A stretch of 56,459 nucleotides of DNA, filler included, from Sphacelaria rigidula (Eukaryota), in NCBI GenBank assembly GCA_964200075.2. It is 5 parts of 5 records of this genome, joined end to end, with 100 filler letters (N's around TTAATTAATTAA, not from the genome) between each part and the next. Parts side by side here need not be neighbours in the genome. Positions count along the whole stretch, not along the records: positions 22,627 to 33,838 come from CAXNAA020005232.1; positions 33,939 to 45,149 come from CAXNAA020005233.1; 3 more parts are not named here. One strand, written 5' to 3'. Position numbers and translations under genes: made by a program. Position 1 is the first letter of the stretch, and the number at the start of each line of letters is the position of its first letter. Below are positions 25,551-38,299 of this stretch, piece by piece. The notes under the pieces were generated by a model, which made no database searches, was not told the origin of the DNA, and saw nothing but the letters and a program-made list of their open reading frames with translations.

Positions 25551-26654
25551 CAGGACCGACGTGTCGGGAGGACCGTACTGACCTCTTGAGTGCAGAAATC
25601 GCACCCCGAGCAAACCTGGGCCGCGCATTCATCGAGCCAGGGGCAGCGAAGCCAGGCGAGGTGACCGGAGCGACACGACGACGACACAGTGTGCCTTTAA
25701 AGGGGGGAGAGCGAGAATTTCAAAACTATAACATCCAGGCACCCGTAGTTCGCGTGGGAGTTACTCTCGCATGCGGATTATGGTGGGAGAGAGTTTGCAC
25801 CCGTGTATTCTAGGGAGGTATCGGGACCTACCACGTTGTCACGACCGCATCGACGAGCTGATGTTCAACACTTGAGGGTACCAGATGCCGAGGCGACCCA
25901 TCTGGTCGGTACCGACAGGCAGGTACTAGATGCCGAAACGACCCATCTGCTAGGTACTGACAGGTACCAGATACCGAGACGACCCATCAGCCTTGTACCT
26001 GCAGGTACTGACATGTAGTTAGCATGTGGTCCGCTTTGTCATGTGGAGCAGTTTCAAGGAAAACAGAGAAGTCAAGACCACGAGCCTTGCCTTTCTCCTT
26101 CGAGAGGATGACATCGCAGTGACTTGGTCCTTACTTGTGACTTTACCTTGAAGCTGCTCCAAATGAAAAAGGCGACAGCATGCAAACCACATGTCAGTAC
26201 TTGCAGGTACAGAGTAGATGCGTCGTCTTGGTATCTGAGACCTGTAAGTACCTAGCTGATTGGTCGTTTCGGCATCTGGTACCTGTCAGTACCGAGCAGA
26301 TGGGTTGCCTCGGCATCTGGTACCCTCAAGTGCCGAGCATCAGTTCGTGGATGCGGTCGTGCCGACGTGGTAGGCCTCGACACCTCCCTAGAATACACGG
26401 GTGCAAACTCTCTCCCACCATAATCCGCATGCGAGAGCGACTTACTTCCACGCGAGTTACGGGTGCCTTGATGCTATTGTTTTGAAATCCTCGCCCTCCC
26501 CCCTTTCGAGGCACACTTCGTCGTCGTCGTGTCGCTCCGGTCACCTCGCCTGGCTTCGGTACCCCTGGCTCGATAAATGCGCGGCCCAGGTTTGCCCGGG
26601 GCGCGATTTCTGAACTCAAGAGGTCCGCACGGTCCTCCCGACATGTCAGTCCTG
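25551..26654. mobile_element. Foldback / long inverted repeat (arms about 510 bp, spacer about 85 bp)
   Basis: 25551-26059 is the reverse complement of 26146-26654; ORFs 25517(+) and 26326(-) give near-identical peptides; 40-45 bp internal subrepeats. Confidence 0.92.
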
Positions 26655-27927
26655 ATTGCACGTTGTCCTAGCACGCATTACAGCTCTCGCGCGAAATGCG
26701 ACGGCGAGAGACGGCAAAAATGAAAGAAAAGAACGATGACAGTCGACGGGCCGCGGAGGCGTGCTACCATTACCCGATAGTAAATCGTGAGGTGGGTGTT
26801 GGGGGAGAATTGAGCTGGTTGATCCATTGAGATTGCGGACTCGCCCTGAGGACAGCAGGAGTGGGGGAGTTGTAAGTACGTCAAACAACACGCGTTGCGG
26901 ACCAATAACTGTGAGATGCATGAAGGCAGTCGGAATTACGTCGGGCTATGAGCACTAGTCTAGACGTCAGGTTGTCGCGCGATTGTGTCGAATATTTGGT
27001 GCAAATGGGTCGGGAAAAATTCACGGACGATTGATTATATTTCAGTAAAGGCACTGAAATATATGTCTTGCTGGGTATGGGTTTGGAGATGATTCTAATG
27101 AAACACGGGCATCGAACGAAGTGGTTGTACCGTAGGTTACCACGTCATCATCCTCGGCGATAAACAAGAAGACGAAGTCGATTTTCTCCATCAATATGGT
27201 GCCGCACTGCAAATAAGACTATGTTGACCGACACATCTCGGCGAGGTATTGCGAGGGGTACAATGTTCGACAACCTGGCTGCCTCAGTTCCACGAGTACG
27301 TCCGAGTTTGACTTTCTCATAAACACGAATGAAGAGGAGATCCTGAGAAATGGGGTTGAACACAAAAATGAGGTTCGACCTCAATACAGTGCTTTCCCTG
27401 GCCTAAAGTAAATGCAAATGACTTTCACATGGACGACATGATACCCCCTCGACCTCCCTACAGCTATTTTTGGGGATTTCCAGCCTTCCATTTCCCCCAA
27501 AAATAAGTGCGAAAGCATATTTTTGCCTCGATTTCGGGGTGGGAGAAGGGGACGCTTTTGACGCCGAAATCTTGCTTTCGTAAATACCATCTGGGGGAAC
27601 GGAAAACGAAAAATTCCCCGAAATAGTGTTAAAGAGGTCGGGGGGTATGAGGTCGTCCACATGAAAGTCATTTATTATGACATAAGGTCAGGGAAAGCCC
27701 TTGTTTCTTAGAATCCTCCGTTAATGATGATTTCGTAGCCTGTCGTAGAAGCTACCGTAATCCCCTCGTATATCGCCGTGTGGGCCGTGTATGCGAGAAA
27801 ACACACATATAGTGCAAAGTAAGAACAAGGGAGTTCCGTCCAATGAAGGAGAGATAAAAGACAAAGAAATAAAATATGATGATGACACTTGATATTACAA
27901 TGACAAAATGTGCTCTGCTTGCGGGAA

Positions 27928-27947
27928 ACACACACGCACACACACAC

Positions 27948-28008
<61 letters not shown>
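27928..28008. repeat. (CA)n microsatellite
   Basis: About 40 CA units with two interruptions. Confidence 0.97.
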
Positions 28009-28009
<1 letters not shown>

Positions 28010-28016
28010 CTAGCAG

Positions 28017-28252
28017 GCCAAGGAAGAGGCGTGGATCGCAGCGGTGTACGCGGCCGGAGGTCCTGCGGACATCATACCGTCCACTATGCGCTCGAGAGGA
28101 GGCCGGGCACATGAAGCACAACCGCAAGAGCTACAGAAGCTCCGTGGCAAGGCTTGTATGGTGGCCGCGTGGGCGGAGATGGGCAGCGAGAACGCTAAGC
28201 TGGATACTGCCGGAAACATTGCGGAACGGGCGCGCGTGTACGACAGCACGAG
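28017..28252 (+). CDS. Exon of the UBC-TPR gene (TPR-like helices)
   Basis: tagcag| AKEEAWIAAVYAAGG...KACMVAAWAEMG...AERARVYDST |gtatgc; phase 0 to 2. Confidence 0.7.
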
Positions 28253-28587
28253 GTATGCGGATTATGGAGTAAGACAATGTAGAACGAAGTCTGACACACA
28301 CATACATACGCACCGTTCGGTGAGTGTATCTGATGAGAGATTCACGTCATAGTTGCCGGTACGTCGATACGGGTGGTCTTGCGTGAGGTGTCAGGACGGA
28401 AATCATTGCGATACCTCGTACTGGAGACGAGGCCTCTTTGTCCGTGATGTATAAGGTTTCCCGTGCTCGCGTACTGCACACAACGAGGGTCGGAGTAGAC
28501 AGTCAAGTGCTGGACGTGTATTCTCCGATATATGCAAGAGCTGCAAAGCCCTCCGCTGCGGTTTCGCGAAGAGTCTTTCCGGGAAAG

Positions 28588-28841
28588 GGGCCATGCTACG
28601 ATAGATAGAGGGGGGGGGGTCCGATTCCACGAAAAAATGTGATCATAGATACGTCAAACGGCCTACATCACCCTCGGCGCGCTTGTATTTGAGTAAAAGC
28701 GGTGTAAAACAGTATAGATGAGCGCTATTCATCGGGAGCAAGTGCGTTCGAACAACTCTTGGCTGCTTCCAGCGGCGACGAAAGTGGAATTTCGTGCAAG
28801 AAAATGGCCCAAAATACCCCCCCCCTGTCGTAGCATGACTC
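28588..28841. mobile_element. Full-length Sola-like MITE (254 bp)
   Basis: TIRs gggccatgctacgatag..gggg / cccctgtcgtagcatgactc; flanks AAAG / AAAA (imperfect 4-bp TSD). Confidence 0.75.
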
Positions 28842-29217
28842 AAAAGCACGCATTTACGATAGTGCTGTGCAGCCATGCACGTTTCAATGCTCTGATAGTG
28901 GTGGGTGAAGCGTTGAAGAGCTGCGGTGATGTGCTGTTGATCCAATCGACTGAGCCTCTCATGTACGCTTCAACATGCCGTTTGCCCAGCGACACAGCAA
29001 GCATGCATGCATAAACAAAAGCATCGACGTGTAATGTACGCAGAACCAGCATCGTGAAATCCGATCTCTGAATCAAGATTATGATCCAACAAGAGCGTGA
29101 AAATACGTGATCGCCACCATATGTCCTTCTTGCGAGACGCAGCCGTACCCTCCCACAAGTACAGTGCGTCAGACGTGTACTCCTCGTCTGCCCCCTCTCT
29201 AACCTACTACCACGCAG

Positions 29218-29369
29218 CCCTGACCCTGTTCTGTGCATGGCGAGGGTCGCGGAGGAAAAGTGGAGACGCGCGGCGATCGGCTCGTCAGAAGCTGTCACTA
29301 ATCTCAGGAATGCAGTCAAGCACCAGAAAATAGCAGTTCGTCTCTCCAAGGGCACGCCGGAGGCCAAGG
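29218..29369 (+). CDS. Exon of the UBC-TPR gene
   Basis: Branch point ctaac and cacgcag| (S)PDPVLCMARVAEEKW...AVKHQKIAVRLSKGTPEAK |gtaggt; phase 2 to 1. Confidence 0.7.
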
Positions 29370-30962
29370 GTAGGTTGGGAACTCACGACGGGGCGATGCG
29401 GGGGCGCGGGGAGGGGGTGGCGGGTGGGGGGATGTACTGTTAGATGGTACTGCTTTCGTGGCATATTTAGGTTGCTTGAGCTTCTAAAGTTGCATCATTA
29501 TCGTGGTGCGTGTGCCCCTATGCAAAACTATTGGATGGATGGCGCATAACGCGTTGAAGTTTAGCCTGAACATCGGCGGAAATCATCGTATATCAGCTGT
29601 ACCCTTCATTCATTGCACAATCCATGTTGTGACGTCATCAACCCCTCTCTCTCCCGCATGAGATGCGTGATCGGAGGGAGCCCTGGTTATTTTACCTATA
29701 GTACCCCATATCTTGCGGGAGGCGGGGGGTGAGAGTGAGTTTTTTATCGAAGCGGCTCACTCACGTTCTCATGTTGTCCGAAAGCGAACCTTCTGTGTAG
29801 CTGCGAACCACGTGCCCATACCAAGTGCATAGTGCACGAGGAGCTCAGTACTGTTTGGACATCTGTGTAGCCTCTTCATACCTGACCAAGGATGACTAGG
29901 AGAAGCGGGGTTAACACGGAACTGGTGTTCCTCTGTCTTATCTTATCGCCTGTTGACTTTTTCCTTGGCCCATGACCTTTGCACTGTTTCCTGACGGTGC
30001 TCCTGTACATATTCTACCTTGTCCTTGGGTTTCATCGCTTCATATTTTCCTTCTTATCTGCCTCCTCTTTCTCTCTATATCTCTCTACTGTTCTTCTTTC
30101 TTTTCCATGTATAAGTGATATAGGGTAAGTAACAGTTCCTTCCGCTGGGCTCGTGGGTGAGAATCCGTGCCCAAGTGCAGTTCCGTCTACCTGCGCACGA
30201 CCTACTCCACCGAAAGTTATGCTCCAGGGGCCGGGCATTTCCAAGTTTATTTCCTTCTGTTTCATCGGGACCGGTTTTTGTTTCCTGATCCTGTTCTTCT
30301 CCTTTCCTTTCTTGCTTTTTGCTGTTTTTTTCTGTCGTAATTGTGGCTCGTTTTTACGCAGTCAGTTCCACATTAGCCGGCGTTTCCGTACTGTTCATCT
30401 GGGTGAACACAAAATCTTGTGGATAACAACCACATCTGGATCCCTCAGGAACCAGTTTATCGTAATATGTGTGACAAACAAATACGTCAGTAAAAGAGGC
30501 TGGATCAGCTACCGATTCGGATATAGTTTAAAGGTTACAAGCAAGGCTGCAAAGATGTGCTGTGACGTTCTGCAAACGTGTTTTTCGACGAGGAAGAAAT
30601 CATTCAGCGGCGCTTGATTTATGTGTTGCGAAGTGCAGTATCACACGCCGCCTAAGAAAACAATCTTGTCACCGAAAAAAGTGCTGAGGAGGGTACCGCC
30701 AAATGAGCTCCAGTACATCCATTGAACTGGGCGTCCTTGCTCACAGAGATTGTGCGGACACGCCTTCATTCATCACGAGCGGAGTACGATCCGATGGCAA
30801 TCTTTGTTCCACGATCGGTGTCGGGTGCTGTGTGAACACCTCAACCCCTCGCTTTTCACCTCCTTTTTCTCTCTCGGCACTGCTTCAAACGCGTCTATCC
30901 GTCGTACCCACGCCCCCCTCCGCTTGTGAATCTTTCACGTTGCGACTTGGTGGATAAAGCAG

Positions 30963-31054
30963 ATATGAAGGCGCTTGGGGACCGACTGCAAGCCGAGCTG
31001 AATCGCATAGCTCCACGTGTATCGGGCCTGGAGGCTGTTGCGTTTGACTATTAA
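30963..31054 (+). CDS. Probable terminal exon of the UBC-TPR gene
   Basis: aagcag| (D)MKALGDRLQAELNRIAPRVSGLEAVAFDY*; phase 1 matches the preceding exon. Confidence 0.55.
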
Positions 31055-33077
31055 ATATTAGCTACCGGCGGAGTTTTCCCCGGTGACATGCAGTAAGTGC
31101 AACTGCAAAAACGAGTCTTCTTTCACTTCATCCATAGTCAAGTATCCAAGCCATACAAGGACTTGACTGGGTCCATCGGCGCGCGACAGACAGACAGATG
31201 ACGATGACCTTCCTTGATATCCTCCCTGTTGGAGCCGATTTACTTGGGTTTCGTTTCTCGTATCGCGGCGCGAAAAGAAGAACGAGCAGATGCGACGACG
31301 ATGGCACGGAGGCGCGCAGGGGCGGGGAACAAGGACTCAGCGGGAGTTTCACTGGGGCATTGTTATACATGTATATATATATCTATGTATATATCATCAA
31401 GGAAGAGAGTTCGTGTACCTTTTTCGAGGAAGGTACCGTCTTTCGCGCAACGACCAACCTCGGCGAGCGAGTTGTACTGAAAGACTGGGAGGATGAACAG
31501 AGCCGGAGGGCAGAGCGCGTGGGACGGAAGGGCGCGGGTGTTAATTTTTTTTATTGCGCATATGTCTTCAGTAAAAAATGAAAGTTATGAGATGGCAAGG
31601 GCCATGACGTGCTGGGTGGGATTCTGTACCCTAACTGTAAGCTATTGGCCTGTCAAAACTGGTCGCCTCGGTCGCGTCTTTAAAGGCGACGCCGAGGGGC
31701 AAGAATGAGTGCTATATAGAAAACGAAGTGTAGCGGCACTGTCTGTGGTGTGCTACTTGGTTTGGCGCAAATGGTGACCATCGTTAGGCAGTGGTGGTGA
31801 CGATGAAAGGGTCCATTTGTTTCCCCCCAGCCGTTGTTTTGTTTCTGACATACAGTACAATACGTCAGTCGATGTTTTATGGGGCGAAGCACGTACCCTC
31901 CTCCTGTTCGTCAAGTTCAGTCAGATTTGTTTTCGTGGAGAGATTATGCACAGCGGTTCGGAAGCAGTGTGACATTATTGTAGTCGTTTGGAAGGAAGGA
32001 GTGAAGCAGAGGGGCCGCGGAAACTGTATCGGTCGCGTGTGTACTACATAGATTTGTACATATTTTGCGTACGATGCATGTCACATATGAAAATACGCTG
32101 TACATGTTTACGTGTGTTGAAGTTGCTTGCTTTTTGGTGCGACAAATGCACGTCATGTAGGCAAATGCGTTGGAGGCATTCGTTTCCCGAACAGCAAGAG
32201 TTTTGTGTGCTTCCGCTTTCGCGTCCAACGTAGCTGGGCAGGCGAAGATCTGCAGAACAAAAGTGGGCGGCAGGAAATTTGGAGAACGCGAATGATGGTG
32301 ATAGTGATGGCGTTGACAACGGGGGAAGGACGGGAGGGGGGCATACTCAGGCTGGGAGGGGGGAGGGGGGAGCTGTAGAGTGTGGCCAGCGTTGATTTTG
32401 AAGGATATATTTGGCGAATATGCACTGTAGGTATTATGTCGATTTGTCTTTTTTTATTTCGTGTTAGTGCTTGTCGTTGGTCATGTCTGCAGCATATATT
32501 GTGGGAATTGTTTCCTCTAGGTATGTCAATTTGCTTATTTTTTATTTGGTGCCAGCGCTTGTCGTGTGTCATGTTCGATTTGGGGTGATGAAGGTGAAGT
32601 AGTTGTGGGCGTGCTAGCGCAAGTCGACTGGGTGGTGGAAAAGCGCGAACACAGGAAGCGTTTCAGGCCCCTGCTTGCTTTTCTATACTGTACGTATCGT
32701 GTATCTGATGTATGTACCACAGTGCGTACTGTAGGACACGTGCTAGCCTGAAGAAAGGCCGCACCGGCTTATTTGGAACGTAGCGATGCAGACGGCTAAA
32801 CTGTCGCGAATGTTGTGCCGTCGGTCCTCTGAATTGACTGGAAGAGAAAGCACTCTGCTTGCATTGCTTTTTGGTCGGACTGATGGCTGTGATTTGTTTC
32901 GATACATGTGGTGACATATGGTGGTCCCACACAAGACCAGCGTCGTCCTCGGGGACCGGGTCTCAAAGTTCTAGAACGTTTGGGATTGTATTCGACACAC
33001 GTAGTCGACATCTCAGAAATGATTGATGTTACTTTTGAATCATCTTGATCAAGCTCGCCTCATATCTCTCAGAACTC

Positions 33078-33080
33078 TTG

Positions 33081-33122
<42 letters not shown>
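33078..33122. repeat. (TTG)n(CTG)n compound microsatellite
   Basis: Read directly from the sequence. Confidence 0.95.
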
Positions 33123-33123
<1 letters not shown>

Positions 33124-33780
33124 GACAGCAAAATCCCGCGGGACGAAAATGGACAGTAGAGAGTAATACCCTCGTCGTAGTGGCTTGGTGCGACGTTTCT
33201 ATATTCCACTTGCAACAAGGTTTCCATGAGATCGAGAGTATACTGTACAAATCAATTGAGAGTCAGCTTTCCACGTTTTGTGGAATCGTCATCATGTTCA
33301 CTTGAGCATTTAGTGGGTCATCCCGATTCCTAACCCTTGCGGTCAAAGCGTTGGCATTCCGACCAGTTATTCGTTGGATCTGAATTCCGAGAGCAAACAA
33401 ACGCGGGTGTACAGCTCTTTGCAGTCGTGACGGGTCAACATCCTACACTCGTATTCAACGTAAATCAGGGGGAAACATCTTCGGAATGAAGGACATCATG
33501 CCCGACGTGAAATCATACCCTGCACAGCTAACAGCGGCGCACTATAGCGAGGAATATTTCGATGGTTGATGCACTCGTTCCCCTTATTTTTATTCCTCGT
33601 TTAGCAAAAAGAATTGTCCCTAGTGTTTAGTCATCAGTGTGTCGTCAATGAACCGAGCACACGAGAATAATCTTCAGCGCACTCGCAATCTCACGAAAAC
33701 CTTGTTTCGTTCATGTGGAGCAATGTCACTGGGGTCAGGCTTTACCAACTGAAGGCCTTGAATCACCCCACCCCCCCCCC

Positions 33781-33838
33781 GTGCTCCGTCTCGAAAGGGA
33801 TGCGTGGTCAATGGTCACACGACTAAGGCAAGCAACAA
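33781..33838 (+). mobile_element. 3' end fragment of the oligo-C-tailed LINE family
   Basis: gtgctccgtctcgaaagggatgc.tggtcaatgg...gactaaggcaagcaacaa matches 52560-52616; preceded by a C10 run. Confidence 0.85.
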
Positions 33839-33938
33839 NNNNNNNNNNNNNNNNNNNNNNNNNNNNNNNNNNNNNNNNNNNNTTAATTAATTAANNNNNN
33901 NNNNNNNNNNNNNNNNNNNNNNNNNNNNNNNNNNNNNN
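33839..33938. other. Artificial contig linker
   Basis: N44-TTAATTAATTAA-N44. Confidence 0.98.
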
Positions 33939-33949
33939 ACTCATGATAC

Positions 33950-34750
33950 TGAAACCAAGTGATTTTCAGACGAATCAGTATTTGTCCGACCCTTGGCTAA
34001 TTAATACCAAGGCGTCGACGACGGTATTTTTTCGAAACTCGACCCGTCGCCGCTCGAAAGTGAAGGTCACGATGAACATCGGAGGGGGACACCCGCTGTG
34101 TGCGTGGGATTTCCAAGCCTTTTGGAATTTCGGTATTGAGTTCGTAACTTGGGGCTGAATGACAGGTCGCGGAACACCCTCTGGTGTCTTTTTTTGGAGC
34201 AGCTCATACCTCCTCCATTTACCCGCGTTTGTACCTGCGGCTGTCCTCAACGTCAACGCTGCTAGGGAAAGTAGAGCACTCCTGCGTTATTGACGAGTTT
34301 ATGCACCCCTGTGTGTCGTCGTTTGAGGCAGGATGGCGCCAGGTGTAAAAGGCTGTCATAACCCTGTCCGTTTTTATGCCGCTTCTTACGGGGATGTGCT
34401 TTTTCTGCTGATTACGCAATTTCCCTCAAACGTCCAATCGGTCCACGTTTCGTTTCTGTTTGTGTTTTCAGCCCGCTGAGTCATCGCCCGTATCTTTACA
34501 GTCGATAACCCTCCACGCATAGTCTACCTACCCATTTGCTGCATGAGCATTCCAAGTCATGAAGCATGGTTTGAACGTTCATCTCCATACTGCTCCCAGT
34601 GATAGCGGAGGTGTAACCTCGTCCAGCCCCGATCAGACATTTCAAGCCCAGATTAAATATTCTGAAATATCCGATGGGGAACGAACGATGGGGAAACTTG
34701 TTACTCATCAAAAATGGCAACGGTATGACCTCTGCAGAACACACCATGCC
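33950..34750 (-). mobile_element. Possible decayed Penelope-like retroelement (N-terminal region and RT start)
   Basis: Fragments FNLGLKCL, IKTDRV and IPKFQK..GCPP resemble, in order, the PLE motifs LxxGLxF, KxDKG and LPKxHK..RPI. Confidence 0.35.
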
Positions 34751-35933
34751 CCCAGGACCTGGTATGCTACTTCAGTGAGTGTGTCGGTACGTTTAGTGGG
34801 AAAATGCTTTCAATAAAAAAATCTAAATCCGTTGTGCATTTTTTATTCCTTTGGTCACGCGCAAATAAGTTACGAACATAATTTGGCGTCATCTCAGAAC
34901 GAAAATGACGGGGGCTTATCAGATACAAAACTTTCTTTTTCGCCACATTTGTTTCGATCGAGTTTTTTTTTTTTCTCAGATGCGCGCTCAGTGGTGCCAT
35001 TTTCCCCTGGCTGATTCTAATGGCTGCGATGTGTGGGGGTTCGTGGGCGGTGAGAATGAGGACTATGGCCCAGCAGCATGAACACACGGGAAATACACCG
35101 TTTTCTGGGCCAGTTTTTTGTGTGAAGGAAATTCCGACATACCTGTGAAAAGGGCCGTGATAGAAGAAGACCAACACGACTTGAAGTTTGATCGAGGATC
35201 CGAATCGCTCGTGACATCGCCCCTGTCCACCGTGTGCTTCATACAGAAGTGGATAGATACCTTGATGAGCTCGTTTAGGTTGTACATTTTCCGAAGGTCA
35301 CATCTTTTTGTTCTCCTGTGCGGCATTCCGTCCATAGAACCAGTTCTTTGATTCCGTTAGTTGTGGTCAAAACAGTAAGGGAGGTGTCACGAGTACGATT
35401 CGAGTCATGGTCTTGGTTCTCACAATCTCTCCATACTCCTATGTCTCAAGCCATGGCCGACAGAAGCGGTAATTGTACGGCGGGTGATTGGTCCTTGGTG
35501 AAAGTCTTCAAGCGATGATAAGTTCTTATCCACGAGGTCGTTTTCATTTGTTTGCTTTGAAAACCGAAATCACCGTTCCAATCGTGTTCACAGGTTCCCT
35601 CTCTGTTTCTGTTTTGACCGAAATGTGGGTTGCCGAAGAACCGATGTTATGGACGGAAGTCAGCACCAGCAGAAACAAAAACAGAAAACACGAAGTGAGC
35701 TTTGAAATTTCTGCTGAGAGGGCGTTACTTTTTTCCGTTCACGCAAGACTGCATCGACCGTTTGCGCGGCGTCTCTGTACTGTAGCCGTATGCTATACGA
35801 AGTATGCTATTCACGCCGTCGATACTAACACGTTTTTCCCTTCGGCACTGTCGACACCCTCTCTCCCCCCCCCCCGCGCACAACGTGCTATGTTCTTTTC
35901 GATGCCCACAACCGCACTGCGACGTTCAAATAG

Positions 35934-36311
35934 GCGATGGCGAACAATCTGGACGGCTTCTCCGACGATACGGACACCGACGCAGAAGAGTCTGGTGGTG
36001 GTACTGAGGGTGGGAATGGGGACAGGGGTGAAGACGACAGCGCTGTGGATTACGACATTGCGACCAATGGCCACGATACCGCCCCCGCCCCCGCCACTGC
36101 CGCCAGCACTGACTCCGACCGAAATGTCAACCCGTCCGACCGCACCATGGTTGACGCAGGCGGCCGCGCAAGCGTGGATTATCGCGAGAACGGTGACCCT
36201 CGCGGGTACTTGAACGACGGTAGTTTGGAGAGCTGGCACGCGATGGACCCCACTCCCCCGCGACGGGAGGACCTGCCGCTTAAATTGCGCAGCCAAAGGG
36301 TGGACATATCG
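35934..36311 (+). CDS. Exon of a VPS13-like bridge lipid-transfer protein gene
   Basis: caaatag| AMANNLDGFSDDTD...LKLRSQRVDIS |gtgggt; phase 0; alternative donor at 36300. Confidence 0.65.
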
Positions 36312-36931
36312 GTGGGTGTTGTTGGGTTTCCTAGGAATGAAGGGTGGTTGGCATATCGACTGCGCATTTTAAAAGCGAGTCGACGAGACGCGTGACCTCG
36401 ATATTTGTTTTGCGGTACAGATATCAAGTGTGTGTGGATGTATGTGCCCTTTAAAAACAGGGGTGTTTTGCGCTTGCGCAGCTGTAAAAACCTCTAGCGC
36501 ATAAATATGCGCGGAGCTGCGCAGGCGGGAGGGCGATACCACACCCTCATGTACCAGGGCTCACCAATGCCCCCGTTACCGCACTGCGATTGCCCCTGCC
36601 AGGAAATTTGTCCAGAGCGGCCACTTCTTGCTCTTCGTGTTTGATATTTCTGTGCCATGTTTTCCTGTTTTTTTATCAGAATATCGAGAAGATAAGCGAT
36701 GAAGTTTGTGGGTTGGGATATATATATTTTTGTCGTTTTGGTCTGTTTTTCGGACAAGGGGAAGACATCGTGTATATCCGCATCGTCGTTATTTTCTAAC
36801 ACAGGCTGTCAGTACAGTAGCTGACACAAGGAGGGAAATCATGCGGGTAGACTCATCTGAAGTTATGCGCTTGCGCGTGGACTTTATATTTTGTCGAACT
36901 TAAGTGGCTCGCGATTTGCTTGCATCGACAG

Positions 36932-37020
36932 GGATCTTCTGCTGCGGGAGATGGAAGTGACTTCGTAGACACATCCTCGTTCTACAGCGGAGGACCAGAG
37001 TTTGACAATCCGCCTGCCAG
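36932..37020 (+). CDS. Exon of the VPS13-like gene
   Basis: cgacag| GSSAAGDGSDFVDTSSFYSGGPEFDNPPA |gtgcgt; only one open frame; phase 0 to 2. Confidence 0.55.
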
Positions 37021-37647
37021 GTGCGTTGGAAACCCAGTAAAAGTAACGCCCAATCGGCTCAACTTCTGACGCGGGTATCCTGAGTGATGACTAGGATATA
37101 ATTACTGCAGAAATCACTTTCTGTAGGCTGTGCCAATATTTAGCCGTAACGTACTTTATAGGCAACAGTTGTGTCGAAATTTACAGCCTCTCGGCTCAGC
37201 AGCGAATGGAATCGTTGCTCTCGTGTGTGCAAGTAAGGGCCGTGCTATCAACTGTGTGTAAACGTATTGTTTTTCTACGAAGTATGTGCATTACTTGTGA
37301 CAAGCTGTGCACGCAATGAGGAACTGTGCTTCATCATTTCATCATCACGTACACCCATGCCTGCGCGTCGTGCGTACTTGTCGTGTTTTGTTACAATGAT
37401 CGCCACCTCAATCAACCGAGAAGGTTTTCCCCGCAATGCACAGCCGTACACAAGGCCGGCGAAATCAACACGTGTCACTCACGGCTGTTCGACTTGCCAG
37501 CGCGTACGCTTCGATAACTTCACAAACGTACGGGGGGCAACGCGGCCCCGTCCTTTTGCCTCCTGTCCATATGTTCTCCTCAAACTCACTCCCTTGCCCC
37601 GGTGATCGACGCCGGACGCGATGATACTTTTCCCCTCGTCATTTAAG

Positions 37648-37783
37648 GGCAATAGCGCTGATCGATACGAACGAGTTCTTCCTGGTGATCGACAAAAAGT
37701 TCATGAACGGCGGAATGGGCATTGCCTGTGGCGCGGGAACAATCACCATCACAAACCTCAGCGACGGAGAGAGTGCGGACCAG
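37648..37783 (+). CDS. Exon of the VPS13-like gene
   Basis: atttaag| (R)AIALIDTNEFFLVIDKKFMNGGMGIACGAGTITITNLSDGESADQ |gtgggt; phase 2 to 0. Confidence 0.75.
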
Positions 37784-38299
37784 GTGGGTGATCAATTCTA
37801 TTTCACCATCTGCCCCCTTGTGCTTCGTACAATGAAGTACGGTTCCGGCTTGCTCGAAACCGTAAATGCGCACTATTTTTGCTTCCTACAAAGTCGCGAA
37901 ATGGCGCAGGTGCGAGAAAGGGGCTGTTTACGCGGGCGCGGAGGGGCTACACGTGCATGTGTTTTTCGCAAAAGTTACAGGAACACTTTTTTTGTGGATA
38001 TGTGTGTTCACAATATGTTTATCGCTTCTTTTTTTTTGTCTGAGAAAGAGAAAAAGTTGTTGCTTTACTCGCGCACCGAGAAAAACGACGTCTGTCAGTG
38101 GTACTGATCTGAACCGTCACGGTGGCGTAGTATCTACTGCAGTCAACGTCAACGTCTCGGTTTGTGGATACGATAGGTGTGCGACTGACTGCCTTCGCGA
38201 CTCAAAATACAGTAGTACCGGCATGTTTGGATCGCCTCAACGATGTGGGATGAAATCATGTCATTCGGTTCCTGAAAATGCGCCAATTATGCCTCCTCA

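Noticed and set aside
27708-28272. Poly-HT, poly-VC and poly-CV ORFs
   Set aside because: Translations of the (CA)n microsatellite; only 28017-28252 behaves as an exon.
29165-29333. Alternative terminal exon using the acceptor at 29164
   Set aside because: The acceptor at 29217 has a better branch point and pyrimidine tract, and yields a TPR-like frame with a good downstream donor.
32615-32671. Possible terminal exon of a convergent minus-strand gene (GPETLPVFALFHHPVDLR*)
   Set aside because: Weak acceptor context, no partner exon and no recognisable homology.
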